The translations under genes were made by a program, and so were the position numbers. A stretch of 64,000 nt of DNA from positions 128,001 to 192,000 of the forward strand of contig CAVPSB010000022.1 in the NCBI GenBank assembly GCA_963708025.1, in the 5' to 3' direction. The stretch comes from an uncultured Candidatus Rokubacteria bacterium. Lineage in GTDB: Bacteria; Methylomirabilota; Methylomirabilia; Rokubacteriales; DASRDR01. The notes under the pieces were generated by a model. It searched no databases and was not told where the DNA came from. It saw only the letters and a list, made by a program, of their open reading frames with translations. Positions 32,604 through 43,572 of the stretch are shown in pieces; positions within the stretch are counted from its first letter, which is position 1; each line of letters begins with the position of its first letter.

Positions 32604-32622
32604 GCTCTCCCGCCGAGCCGGC

Positions 32623-33930
32623 TCAGAGCCGGACCACTTTCTCGCGCCCGGCCTTCACGTCGCGGGTCGCGTTCCGGGTGTCCAGGAGCAGCCGGGCGTG
32701 CTCGACGATCCACTCGTAGTCGAAGACGGCATGATCGGTGTGGATGACCACGCACTCGCAGGCCGCGAGCGCCTCCGCGGTCAGCGCCACCGACTCGAGC
32801 GTCGCCCCCTTGACCTGGACCCGGGGGATCAAGGGGTCGTGGTAGACGACGTCGATCCCGTGGTCCCGGAACAGCTCCAGGAGCTTGAGCGCGGGCGAGT
32901 TCCGCACGTCGGCCACGTCCCGCTTGAACGTCACGCCCAGCACGAGGACCCGGCTTCCCAGCACGCGTCCGCCCCTGGCCACCAGGAGGCGGAGCAGCTT
33001 CTCGACCACGAAGTACGGCATGTTGGCGTTGACTTCCGCCGCCAGCGTGATGAAGTTCGTGTAGAAGTCGTACTCCTTCGCCTTCCAGGCCAGGTAGACG
33101 GGGTCCACGGGAATGCAGTGGCCGCCCACCCCCGGGCCCGGCTGGAAGCTCATGAACCCGAACGGCTTCGTCCCCGCGGCTTCCACGACCTCCCAGACAC
33201 TGATCCCCATCCGGTCGCACAGCATCGCCAGCTCGTTGACGAGCGCGATGTTCACGTTCCGGAAGATGTTCTCCAGGAGCTTGGCCGTCTCCGCGACCCG
33301 CGGGGACGAAACCGGCACGACCTCGACGACCGCCTTCTCGTAGAGCGCCGTCGCCAGCGACGTGCACAGCGGCGTCACGCCCCCGACCAGCTTGGGCGTG
33401 TTGCCGACATGGTAGTCGCGGTTGCCCGGGTCGACCCGCTCCGGCGAATAGGCCAGACAGAAGTCGTGCCCGACCCGGAGGCCGCCCCGCGCCAGAATCG
33501 GCACCAGCACTTCCTCGGTCGTGCCCGGGTACGTGGTGCTCTCCAGCACGATCAGCTGGCCCGGCCGGAGGCGCCGGCCGATCTCTTCCGTCGCGGCGCG
33601 GATGTACGAGAGGTCCGGCTCCCGGTTCGGGTTGAACGGCGTGGGCACGCAGACGACGATCGCGTCCAGCGTCTCCACGCCGTCCCAGGAGGTCTGGGCT
33701 CGGAGCCGTCCGGCGCCGACGACTGCCTGGAGATCCTCGACCCGGACGTCCCCGACGTAGCTCTCTCCGCGATTGACGCGCCGGACGCGCTCGGCGTCGG
33801 GATCGATCCCGCTGACCTGGAACCCAACCTTGGCGAACTCGATCGCGAGCGGCAGCCCGACGTACCCGAGCCCGGCCACCCCGACGGCCGCGCTCCGGTC
33901 GTCGATCCGAACTCGGCAGCGATTCATCAT
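32623..33930 (-). CDS. UDP-GlcNAc/UDP-glucose 6-dehydrogenase family protein
   Basis: GLGYVGLPLA, VCVPTP, ESTTYPGTT, YSPERVDPG, KLLENIFRNVNIAL, GVGGHCIPVDP. Confidence 0.93.
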   Translation of the reverse strand: MMNRCRVRIDDRSAAVGVAGLGYVGLPLAIEFAKVGFQVSGIDPDAERVRRVNRGESYVGDVRVEDLQAVVGAGRLRAQTSWDGVETLDAIVVCVPTPFNPNREPDLSYIRAATEEIGRRLRPGQLIVLESTTYPGTTEEVLVPILARGGLRVGHDFCLAYSPERVDPGNRDYHVGNTPKLVGGVTPLCTSLATALYEKAVVEVVPVSSPRVAETAKLLENIFRNVNIALVNELAMLCDRMGISVWEVVEAAGTKPFGFMSFQPGPGVGGHCIPVDPVYLAWKAKEYDFYTNFITLAAEVNANMPYFVVEKLLRLLVARGGRVLGSRVLVLGVTFKRDVADVRNSPALKLLELFRDHGIDVVYHDPLIPRVQVKGATLESVALTAEALAACECVVIHTDHAVFDYEWIVEHARLLLDTRNATRDVKAGREKVVRL

Positions 33931-33995
33931 GCGCAGCAGGCTCTTCTCAGCTCGCGACCCCTCACACCCTCTCGGATCTGGCGACAATCGCGGCC

Positions 33996-34024
33996 ATTAT
34001 TGACGCTTCGCGTCAGAGTGTCAA
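33996..34024 (-). promoter_or_regulatory. Sigma70-type promoter with a palindromic operator in the spacer
   Basis: TTGACA-17bp-AATAAT; contains TGACGC-GAA-GCGTCA (34001-34015). Confidence 0.6.
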
Positions 34025-34057
34025 GGGAATCCGCCCCCTTTCCTTCGAATCGACCCA

Positions 34058-35836
34058 CTACCCGCCCGCTGACTCGAGCCGGAGCGCGCCGCGGATCACC
34101 GGCACGCCGCGGGCCGCGCACACTGCCTCCAACCTCCGCAGTCGGTCGCCCGGGATCTTCGTCGACGCCACGATGACCTCGGCGACCCGGTGCGTCGCGA
34201 GGAGATCCCCGGCCCGGTCGAGGCCCCCCAGGACCGGCACCTCGTGAATCCGGGTGCCGACCTTCGACCGGTCGTCATCGAGAAAGCCCACCGGTTGTCG
34301 CCGGAGCGCCGGATTCTTCCGCAACTCGCGCAGCATGAGCTCCCCGCCATCACCGGCCCCGTAGATCAGGACGCGGCGGAAATCGTCGCGGGCGGGGTGG
34401 AGCATCTCGCCGAGCAGCCGGGACGACACGCGGCTCGCCCCGAGCAACACGACGAGCAGCAGCCAGTCGAGCACGAACACGGCCCGCGACAGACCCGCGA
34501 GGCCGGTCACGAAGACGAAGTAGAGCACGGTCGCCCCGACCCCGGCGGTCGCGCCCTGCACCAGTCGGAGCAGATCCGGGAGGCTGGTGTACTGCCAGAG
34601 GCCGCGATAGCTCCCGAAGAGCGCCAACGAGGAGATCTGCAGCACGATCACCGGGGCGACGGTCCCCAGGAACACCTCGCGGTGCTGCTCGAAGTCGACC
34701 TCGAACCGCAGAAGGTACGCGGCGTAGTACGCGACCACGATCAACACGAGGTCGATGCTGACGGTCGCCACGTGACGCTTGAACGGGAAGTCCTCGACGA
34801 GTCGCACGATCGGCGCATCGGCGCGCGCCGCATCATCGAGCGCGACGACCTGCACCCGGCTCAGGTGGACGCCCAGCAGGCAGAGCCCGACCAGCAGGAG
34901 GGCCAAGAGCACGACGGTGTGGGTGAACCCGTACCGGTACGACAGGACCGCGAGCAACCCCGACAGCACGGAGACCGTGAAGAAGAGCGCGAGCGCCTGG
35001 CGCTCCGTGATCCCGAGGCCGACGAGCCGGTGGGAGGTGTGGTCCCGTCCCCCCCGAGAGACCGGCCGGCCCGTGATCAGCCGGGTCAGGGTGACGAAGG
35101 TCGTATCGAAGATCGGGATGAGCATGAGGAGCACCGGGAGGACCAACACGGCGGCAATGCCCCGCGAGTACGCGGAGTACTCGCTCACGAGGCAGAGGCC
35201 ACTGAGGAAGAAGCCGATGAACAGGCTGCCGGCGTCCCCCATGAAGACCTTGGCCGGAGGCAAGTTCCGGACGAGGAACCCGGCGACCGCCCCCATGAAG
35301 GCGGCCGTCAGCTGGGCGCCGGCGCGATCCCCGTCCATCAGGAAGAAGGCCAGCCGGAATCCGGCCGCGATGACGGCCAGGCCCCCCGCCAGCCCGTCCA
35401 TGTTGTCGAGAAGGTTGAACGCGTTGGTGATCCCGACGATCCAGAAGAGGGTGAGGAACACGTTGAGCAAGGGGGACCCCGTCAGGCGCAGCAGGAACCC
35501 GAACTTCATGAGGGCGGCGGCGAGGACGATCTGCGCCACCAGCTTCGCCTGGGGCCGGAGCGGCCGGATGTCGTCGAACAGGCCGACCAGCCCCATGACG
35601 AGGGCCGCGGCCACGAAGGGCCCGAATCGCCCGACCGCCCCCGGGACGGCCACCATCGCGACGAGCACGCCGGCCATGATGGCGACCCCGCCCAGCAGCG
35701 GGACGGGCGCTCGATGCCACCGATCCTCGCGGGGCTGCGTCACGAGACCGCCGCGCCGGGCGCGGCGCTCGCACCCGAGGGTGGCCGCGAGCGAAGCCAC
35801 GAGACCGGCGAGAAACGGACCGACGAGCGCGGTCAC
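34058..35836 (-). CDS. WecA/MraY-like polyprenyl-phosphate sugar-1-phosphate transferase fused to a CapD/WcaJ-type membrane plus Rossmann module
   Basis: PLLGGVAI, GLFDDI, NAFNLLDNMDGL, FMGDAGS, DHTSHRL; C-terminal RVLIYGAGDGG...VGFLDDD. Confidence 0.85.
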   Translation of the reverse strand: MTALVGPFLAGLVASLAATLGCERRARRGGLVTQPREDRWHRAPVPLLGGVAIMAGVLVAMVAVPGAVGRFGPFVAAALVMGLVGLFDDIRPLRPQAKLVAQIVLAAALMKFGFLLRLTGSPLLNVFLTLFWIVGITNAFNLLDNMDGLAGGLAVIAAGFRLAFFLMDGDRAGAQLTAAFMGAVAGFLVRNLPPAKVFMGDAGSLFIGFFLSGLCLVSEYSAYSRGIAAVLVLPVLLMLIPIFDTTFVTLTRLITGRPVSRGGRDHTSHRLVGLGITERQALALFFTVSVLSGLLAVLSYRYGFTHTVVLLALLLVGLCLLGVHLSRVQVVALDDAARADAPIVRLVEDFPFKRHVATVSIDLVLIVVAYYAAYLLRFEVDFEQHREVFLGTVAPVIVLQISSLALFGSYRGLWQYTSLPDLLRLVQGATAGVGATVLYFVFVTGLAGLSRAVFVLDWLLLVVLLGASRVSSRLLGEMLHPARDDFRRVLIYGAGDGGELMLRELRKNPALRRQPVGFLDDDRSKVGTRIHEVPVLGGLDRAGDLLATHRVAEVIVASTKIPGDRLRRLEAVCAARGVPVIRGALRLESAGG

Positions 35837-37014
35837 AGGCGCCCGGCCCGACGCTTCTCGCGGACCAGCTCGGTGTAGAGTCGGTCCACGTCCGCCAGGA
35901 GCCGCTCGGCGCCGAAGGCGCCGGCGACCCGCTTCCGCCCCGCCGCGCCCATGGCCTGGCGCCGCTCCGGATCCGCGAGCAGCGCGCGAAGGGCCCCGGC
36001 CACTGCCCCGGCGTCCCCCTCCGGCGCCAGGCAGCCGCTCACACCGTCCTCCACGAGGTCCGGCACGCCGCCGACGCGCGTCGCGACCACCGGCCGGGCG
36101 GCGGCCATGGCCTCGATCAGCGAGACCGGCAAGCCCTCGTTGCGAGAGGTCAGCACCACGACGTCGAGATCCGCATAGATCCGGTCCAGGTCCCGCCGCC
36201 AGCCGAGGAAGCGCACCCGCCCGGGCGGCCCCTGGCGGGCCGCCAAGGCCTCGAGCTCCGCCCGCCGCTCCCCGTCCCCGACGACGAGGAAGCGCGCCTC
36301 GGGCAGCTCCCGCCCGATGCGCGCCGCCGCGTCCAGAAAGACCTCGTGGGCCTTGATCGGCACCAACCGGGCCACGATGCCGATCAGGGGAACACCGCCG
36401 CCGATCCCCAGCTCGGCCCGAAGCCGGCCACGGACGGCCTCGCAGTCGAGGAACCGGTCCAGGTCGAGGCCGAGGGGGATCACCACCAGGCGCTCCGGGG
36501 TCCCGATCCCGAGGTGGAGCAGCTCGGCCCGCACCGCCTCACCGACCGTGACGAGCCGGTCGGTCCGCCGGCCGAGCCAGCGCTCGACGCCCAGGAAGAG
36601 ACGGGTCGTGGCGGCGGAGAAGTAGCCGCGAAAGACGTGGCCGTGGTAGGTGTGCACGACCACCGGCACCCGCGCGAGCAGCGCAGCCACCCGCCCGAGC
36701 GTCCCGGCCTTCGCCGTGTGGGTATGGACGATGTGTGGCCGCACGCGCCGCATCAGCCGGGTGAGCGCCCGCAGCGCCGCCAGATCCGACGCGCCCCGGA
36801 TCTGCCGTCCGAGCTCAGGCAGCACCAGCACGCGCTCGAGCGATCCTCCGTGCAGCGCGAGGTAGTTCCCCTCGGACGGCGTCTCGACGCCGGTCACCAG
36901 GAGCGAGTCGTAACGGGTCGGGTCCAGGCGCTCCGTGAGGAGCGTGGCGTGCAGCGCCGGACCGCCGACGTTCAGGCGGGCGATCACCCGCAGCACGCGG
37001 ATCCGCTCGCTCAT
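35833..37014 (-). CDS. Glycosyltransferase family 4
   Basis: IARLNVGGPA, HTHTAKAG, HTYHGH, SRNEGLPVSLIEAMA. Confidence 0.92.
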   Translation of the reverse strand: MSERIRVLRVIARLNVGGPALHATLLTERLDPTRYDSLLVTGVETPSEGNYLALHGGSLERVLVLPELGRQIRGASDLAALRALTRLMRRVRPHIVHTHTAKAGTLGRVAALLARVPVVVHTYHGHVFRGYFSAATTRLFLGVERWLGRRTDRLVTVGEAVRAELLHLGIGTPERLVVIPLGLDLDRFLDCEAVRGRLRAELGIGGGVPLIGIVARLVPIKAHEVFLDAAARIGRELPEARFLVVGDGERRAELEALAARQGPPGRVRFLGWRRDLDRIYADLDVVVLTSRNEGLPVSLIEAMAAARPVVATRVGGVPDLVEDGVSGCLAPEGDAGAVAGALRALLADPERRQAMGAAGRKRVAGAFGAERLLADVDRLYTELVREKRRAGRL

Positions 37015-37027
37015 CGCTCGTCCGCGA

Positions 37028-37210
37028 TCATGCCGGCAACACGGCCACGAAGAGGTCGTAGCCGAGGTAGGAGCCGGCCTTGCCGGCGGCGGGCCACTCG
37101 CCGCGCAGCAAGGCTTCCGCGGCGTCCAGGTAGCGCCCGGTATCGCCGCCGGCACGGACACCGAGGCGTCCGAAGAGGACCGCCTGGACCAGGGCCCGGA
37201 CGGCGGCCAT
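37028..37210 (-). pseudogene. Truncated N-terminal remnant of a membrane (GT-C-like) protein
   Basis: Hydrophobic helix followed by GGDTGRYLDAAEALLRG...SYLGYDLFVAV, then a stop after ~60 codons. Confidence 0.4.
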
Positions 37211-37300
37211 CGCGGCCCCGGTCCGGACGCGAGGCGCTGGAGCCCAGACCGGAACCATGCGCAACCTCCTGGGGCTCCGAGGGCAGGCGCTTCCCGGTCA

Positions 37301-37492
<192 letters not shown>

Positions 37493-37814
37493 CTACCCAA
37501 GCCCGGACGCCCTCTCAACGCTCGGCGAGAGGCGCGGGTCGGCGCTCGGCCGGCTGGTCGCGCCGGCAGCGCGCGAAGCGGTGCCCCCGGCTGGCCCGGA
37601 CGACGAAACGGGGGCGCAAGTTGATTGATTCCGCCACCGAATCGCGTCAAGATAGCGGGCGTCGATGGCCGGGAACTGGCGGCTCCGGTCGAGCTCGCGA
37701 ACGCGCTGAGGCCGGAAGTGGTGGAGAGTGCGCCTGCGCTCGGGGTTCGCCCGACGACCGCGTTTGCAGCCAGGGCCCAACCCGAGCGCACGGACCCGAG
37801 GAGGCGAGGCAGCG

Positions 37815-38894
37815 ATGAGAGAGTTCACCTTCGGCCGGAGCCGGGTCTCGCAGGCGGGACCCTGCTACGTCATCGCCGAGATCGGCCACAACCACCAGGG
37901 CAGCACGGACCAGGCCGTCCGCATGATCCAGGTCGCCGCCACCATGGGCGCCAACGCGGTCAAGCTCCAGAAGCGGGACAACCGGCGCCTCTTCACGCGG
38001 GCGATGTACGACAAGTCGTACGAGAACGAGAACAGCTTCGGCGCCACCTACGGCCAGCATCGCGAGGCCCTGGAGTTCGGGATGGAGCAGTACCGGGCCC
38101 TCCAGCGCTGCGCCGAGGAGCACGGGGTCGAGTTCCTGGCCACCGCCTTCGACGAGGGGAGCGTGGACTTCCTCGAGGAACTCGGCGTCCCGGCCTACAA
38201 GACCGCCTCGGGCGACGTCACCAACACCCCGCTCCTCGAGTACATCGCGCGCATCGGGAAGCCCATGTTCGTCTCCACCGGCGCCGCCAGCCTGGACGAG
38301 GTCCGCCTCGCCTACCGGGCGATCACCAAGCACCACGACCTCGTCTGTCTCCTGCACTGCACGGCCGGCTACCCGACCGAGTACGAGAAGCTGAACCTCC
38401 GGGCCATCGTCACCATGAAGGAGGAGTTCCCGAACGCGGTCATCGGCTATTCCGGCCACGACACCGGCATCCTGGCCCCCTCCGTCGCCTACATGCTCGG
38501 CGCCACCGTCGTCGAGAAGCACTTCACCCTCAACCGCGCCTGGAAGGGGAACGACCACAAGTTCTCCCTGGAGCCCACCGGGCTCCAGAAGATGGTCCGC
38601 GACCTCCGCCGGATCGACATCGTCATGGGCGACGGGGTCAAGGCGGTCCAGGACTTCGAGCGGGACGCCCGCGTCAAGATGGGCAAGAGCCTCTACGCGG
38701 CGCGGGACCTCCCGGCCGGCGCGGTGCTGCGCCGCGAGGATGTCAGCCTCAAGTCCCCCGGCGGCGGCGTGCCTCCCTACCGCCTCGGGGAGTTCGTCGG
38801 CAAGCGCCTGCGCCGCGCGGTCGGCGAGGAAGAGGCGCTCACCGACGACCACCTCGACGACGAGCGCCGCCCCGGCGCCCCGAATGCCCCATGA
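37815..38894 (+). CDS. N-acetylneuraminate/nonulosonate synthase family (NeuB) with SAF domain
   Basis: VIAEIGHNHQG, AVKLQKR, STG, LHCTAGYP, GYSGHDTG, EKHFTL...DHKFSLEP. Confidence 0.93.
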   Translation: MREFTFGRSRVSQAGPCYVIAEIGHNHQGSTDQAVRMIQVAATMGANAVKLQKRDNRRLFTRAMYDKSYENENSFGATYGQHREALEFGMEQYRALQRCAEEHGVEFLATAFDEGSVDFLEELGVPAYKTASGDVTNTPLLEYIARIGKPMFVSTGAASLDEVRLAYRAITKHHDLVCLLHCTAGYPTEYEKLNLRAIVTMKEEFPNAVIGYSGHDTGILAPSVAYMLGATVVEKHFTLNRAWKGNDHKFSLEPTGLQKMVRDLRRIDIVMGDGVKAVQDFERDARVKMGKSLYAARDLPAGAVLRREDVSLKSPGGGVPPYRLGEFVGKRLRRAVGEEEALTDDHLDDERRPGAPNAP

Positions 38895-39023
38895 GGGGAG
38901 CCCCCGCTCGGTCCGACGGCGCGACCGGGCCGCGACCACGCCGCCGGGCTCGACGCTGACCGTGCGCGCCTCCCGCGGCTGGCCGCGAGGCGCGTGGCGC
39001 GGCCAGGACCCACCCATCCAGGG

Positions 39024-40454
39024 ATGCCGACGATGACGGACCCCGGCGGCCAGCCGCCCGCGCGCCGGCTGGGGGTGACGCTGATCGGCAAGGGGTCCAT
39101 GAACACGCTGCACGGCCAGGACCTCGTCGACCAGTTCGGCCAGCGCGGGGTTCACGTCTCCTTCCTCCTCCGGGAAGACTACGAGGGGCTCGTGAACCGC
39201 CTCGAGCGCTGCGCGTACCGGACGGTCCGGTTTCCCCCCGAGGAGGGGCAGCAGCGGCTCTGGCGGGATGTCTGTCGCTACCTGCGGGAGCTGTACCCCC
39301 AGGGCGGGATGGGGCGCCGGAAGGCCGACAGCGTGAAGGGTGGCTGGTGGCGACAGGCCCGGCACGGCATCATGCGGCTGCTCTCCCACTCCAAGACGGT
39401 GATGCGGCTGGCGTTCGCCCTCGAGCGCCGGCTCTATCGATCCGAGACGGTCGAGGGACTGGCCCCCGGTGACCTCGACCAGCTCCTCGTGCTGAACGTG
39501 GGCGGCGAGCGCAGCGAGCTGGAGGCCCGGCTGGTCTGGTGGGCGCGGCGGCACGGCATCCCCGTCGTGCATCAGGTGGGGAACTACGACACGTTGACCT
39601 CGAAGGGGTATCCGGGGGTGCCGGTCGACCGGCTGCTGGTCTGGGGCCCGACCATGGTGGAGGACGCGCTCCGGCTCCACGACTTCCAGGAGCGCCAGCT
39701 CAGGGTGACCGGCTCCCTCAAGCACGACCGCATGCGGCGGGACGCCCTGTTCGACCGGGCGACGTTCCTCGAGAAGCGCGGCCTGGACCCCGCGAAGAAG
39801 GTCATTCTCTTCGCCGGACCGCTCGGGGAGTACCACTACTTCGAGATGCTCCAGACCCTCGAGGAGATGCGGGAGCAAGGGGCCGAGCACCAGCTGATCC
39901 TCCGGCTCTACCCGGACAAGAACCTGATGCGCTCCCCCTACGCCCGGCCGCTGATCAAGTACGCCCAGGGGGTGCCCGGCGTCTACGTGAGCGTCGGGGA
40001 TCCGCACTACCGCGTCGGCTTCCCGGGACAGGACGTGCCGAACATCGAGCAGGAAGAGCTCTGGCACTCGATCCGGTACGCCGACGTGATCGTCAACGTG
40101 TTCTCCACCATCACCCTGGAAGCCTCCCTCTTCGACCGACCCTCCGTCTACATGGCCTACCTCCCGATGAAGGGCTACGCCTGGCTCCATCCGCCGCACT
40201 ACGCGGACTACGGGAGCCTGCTCCACAACCGCCGGCTGCAGGAGTACGGCGCGGTCCGCAGGGCGAGGAACCGCAAGGAGCTGGTCGCCCTGATCGAGGA
40301 GGCCCTCGCGCATCCCGAGCGGGACCTGGCGGGGCGACGGCGAGCCGTGGAGCGGGAGCTGGGGCCGGTCGACGGCCAGGTGTGCCGCCGCGTGGTCGAG
40401 GCGGTCTGCGAAGCCTTCGCCGAGCGCCGGCCCGCCCCCGCCGGCCGCGCATGA
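39024..40454 (+). CDS. Putative GT-B transferase (TagF/CDP-glycerol-phosphotransferase-like; candidate ulosonate transferase)
   Basis: GNYDTLTSKG, LLVWG, VTGSLKHD, ADVIVNVFSTITLEASLFDRP; lies between neuB-like and neuA-like genes. Confidence 0.6.
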   Translation: MPTMTDPGGQPPARRLGVTLIGKGSMNTLHGQDLVDQFGQRGVHVSFLLREDYEGLVNRLERCAYRTVRFPPEEGQQRLWRDVCRYLRELYPQGGMGRRKADSVKGGWWRQARHGIMRLLSHSKTVMRLAFALERRLYRSETVEGLAPGDLDQLLVLNVGGERSELEARLVWWARRHGIPVVHQVGNYDTLTSKGYPGVPVDRLLVWGPTMVEDALRLHDFQERQLRVTGSLKHDRMRRDALFDRATFLEKRGLDPAKKVILFAGPLGEYHYFEMLQTLEEMREQGAEHQLILRLYPDKNLMRSPYARPLIKYAQGVPGVYVSVGDPHYRVGFPGQDVPNIEQEELWHSIRYADVIVNVFSTITLEASLFDRPSVYMAYLPMKGYAWLHPPHYADYGSLLHNRRLQEYGAVRRARNRKELVALIEEALAHPERDLAGRRRAVERELGPVDGQVCRRVVEAVCEAFAERRPAPAGRA

Positions 40455-41266
40455 GCTCGCCGGCGCGGCTCTTCGACCTCACCGGCAAGGTCGCCGTCGT
40501 CACCGGCGCCGCCGGGCAGCTCGGCGGCGAGTACGTCCGCGCGCTGCTCGGGGCCGGCGCCGCGGTGGCGGCCCTGGACGTCTGGCCCGAGAACCCCAAG
40601 TCAACCCTCCACGGTCTCCCGGCCGACCGGTCGCTGGTCCTGAAGGTGGACGTGACGCGCAAGTCGGACCTCGGCCGGAGTCTCGACGAGATCACGGCGA
40701 AGCTGGGCCGGCCCCACGTCCTGGTCAACAACGCCGGCATCGACGCCCCCCCGAACGCGACCGACCAGGCGACGGGGCCGTTCGAGGAGTACCCGGAGTC
40801 GGCCTGGGACGCGATGATGGAGGTGAACCTGAAAGGGGTGTTCCTCTGCTGCCAGGTCTTCGGCACCCACATGGCCGAGGGCGGCGGGGGCAGCATCGTC
40901 AACATCGCGTCGATCTACGGCGTCCTGTCCCCCGACCAGCGGCTCTACGCCTACCGGGCCCAGAGCGGCAAGCCGTTCGTCAAGCCGGTCGCCTACAGCG
41001 TCTCCAAGTCGGGGATCCTCAACCTGACGCGCTATCTCGCGACGTACTGGGCCGGCCGCAACGTCCGGGTCAACACGCTGACCCTCGGCGGGGTGTTCAA
41101 CCACCAGGACGCCGCCTTCCTCGAGGGCTACTGCGACAAGGTCCCCCTGGGTCGCATGGCGCGAGCCGACGAGTACAACGGCGCGATCCTCTTCCTCGCC
41201 TCGGACGCCTCCTCCTACATGACGGGATCGAACCTCGTCATCGACGGGGGATTCAGTGCCTGGTGA
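40451..41266 (+). CDS. SDR oxidoreductase (PtmA-like)
   Basis: TGAAGQLG, NNAG, IASIYG...PVAYSVSKSG, RVNTLTLGGV, VPLGRMA. Confidence 0.88.
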   Translation: MSSPARLFDLTGKVAVVTGAAGQLGGEYVRALLGAGAAVAALDVWPENPKSTLHGLPADRSLVLKVDVTRKSDLGRSLDEITAKLGRPHVLVNNAGIDAPPNATDQATGPFEEYPESAWDAMMEVNLKGVFLCCQVFGTHMAEGGGGSIVNIASIYGVLSPDQRLYAYRAQSGKPFVKPVAYSVSKSGILNLTRYLATYWAGRNVRVNTLTLGGVFNHQDAAFLEGYCDKVPLGRMARADEYNGAILFLASDASSYMTGSNLVIDGGFSAW

Positions 41267-41275
41267 GGGACCTCC

Positions 41276-42690
<1,415 letters not shown>

Positions 42691-42704
42691 CCGGCAAACG
42701 CTGG

Positions 42705-42797
42705 GCCTAGCGCTTGGGGACGTCGGCCTGGCCGGGGGACTCCGGCCCTGGCTATGCGACCTCCACGCAGTCACCAGTAGCCGAGTTCGAGTTAGGC
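42705..42797 (+). mobile_element. Possible decayed attC ending in a perfect GTTAGGC core site
   Basis: gcctagc (42705) ... gttaggc (42791-42797), 18 bp before the next ATG; inner L boxes not convincing. Confidence 0.35.
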
Positions 42798-42815
42798 CGA
42801 CAGTGAGCAGCATTG

Positions 42816-43256
42816 ATGGCTGAGCGAACTATCGAACCGATGGGAGCCAGTGACTTCGGCCCCTGCGCCTGTTGCGGCGCGAGTACGAGTAGTCGTCGCG
42901 TCTGGGGCGAGATCGTGTACGAGGATCGGACTGAAGCCGTCTATTACGTACATTGGACCCTCGGAGCCGTGGACACGCATGGCGCTCATTTCGATCTCAT
43001 CGTGGGCCGTTGGGGCGACGGAAGTACCGCCGCGGATCGGCAGGCAGTCTCTTTGGAGTTCCGCCGAACCGAGCGGGGGCCCGAATTCATGGTAATCGAT
43101 GCAGGTAGTCGAGATGTCGGATCTAGCACCCTCATTGGGCGCGCACTTGATCGTGCGGAGGTGATCGGAACGCCGCTTGCTCGAACGATCTTTGCGATCG
43201 TGGACACTATCTGGCTCAAGGACCAGCGTGTCCGAGAGATCACCGGTGCGGCCTAA
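42816..43256 (+). CDS. Hypothetical gene-cassette protein (CxCC motif)
   Basis: 146 aa, lower GC; bounded by GTTAGGC and GCCTAAC, with the TAA stop inside the inverse core site. Confidence 0.75.
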   Translation: MAERTIEPMGASDFGPCACCGASTSSRRVWGEIVYEDRTEAVYYVHWTLGAVDTHGAHFDLIVGRWGDGSTAADRQAVSLEFRRTERGPEFMVIDAGSRDVGSSTLIGRALDRAEVIGTPLARTIFAIVDTIWLKDQRVREITGAA

Positions 43257-43354
43257 CAACGAGATGCAGCTGACGGGCCGCGTTTTCGGTAGCGTGCGCA
43301 TTCGCGCACGCCTCGTCATTGTCTCGCGGCCCGCAGCTGATCTCGGTGTTTGGC
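43251..43354 (+). mobile_element. Integron attC site 2
   Basis: gcctaac-aacgagatgcagctgacgggccgcg...cgcggcccgcagctgatctcggt-gtttggc; R''/L''/L'/R' arrangement with extrahelical bases. Confidence 0.85.
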
Positions 43355-43377
43355 AACGCCGGAGGGGGCAGGGACTC

Positions 43378-43542
43378 GTGAAAGACTTTGAGGTCATCGA
43401 AGCCTTCGTCGCGCATCTCCGGGACCGGGGGTACCCTCGCCCGGTGGTCGATAGCTGGCCTGATAAGGGGAACAGTGAGTCGTCCGACATCGACGCGATC
43501 AGTGTGTATCACCGCGCTGCACGGCGTCGTCCGTCGGGCTGA
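43378..43542 (+). pseudogene. Truncated third cassette ORF
   Basis: GTG after attC 2 with GGAGG/GGGA RBS; VKDFEVIEAFVAHLRDRGYP...DSWPDKGNSESSDIDAI, then it runs out; no downstream attC. Confidence 0.5.
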
Positions 43543-43572
43543 ACTTGCAGCCCAATTTCCACCTCGCGCGCG

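Noticed and set aside
37500-37810. Possible riboswitch or ncRNA in the long spacer before the neuB-like gene
   Set aside because: Only generic GC hairpins, with no recognisable conserved motif. An Rfam/Infernal scan would be needed.
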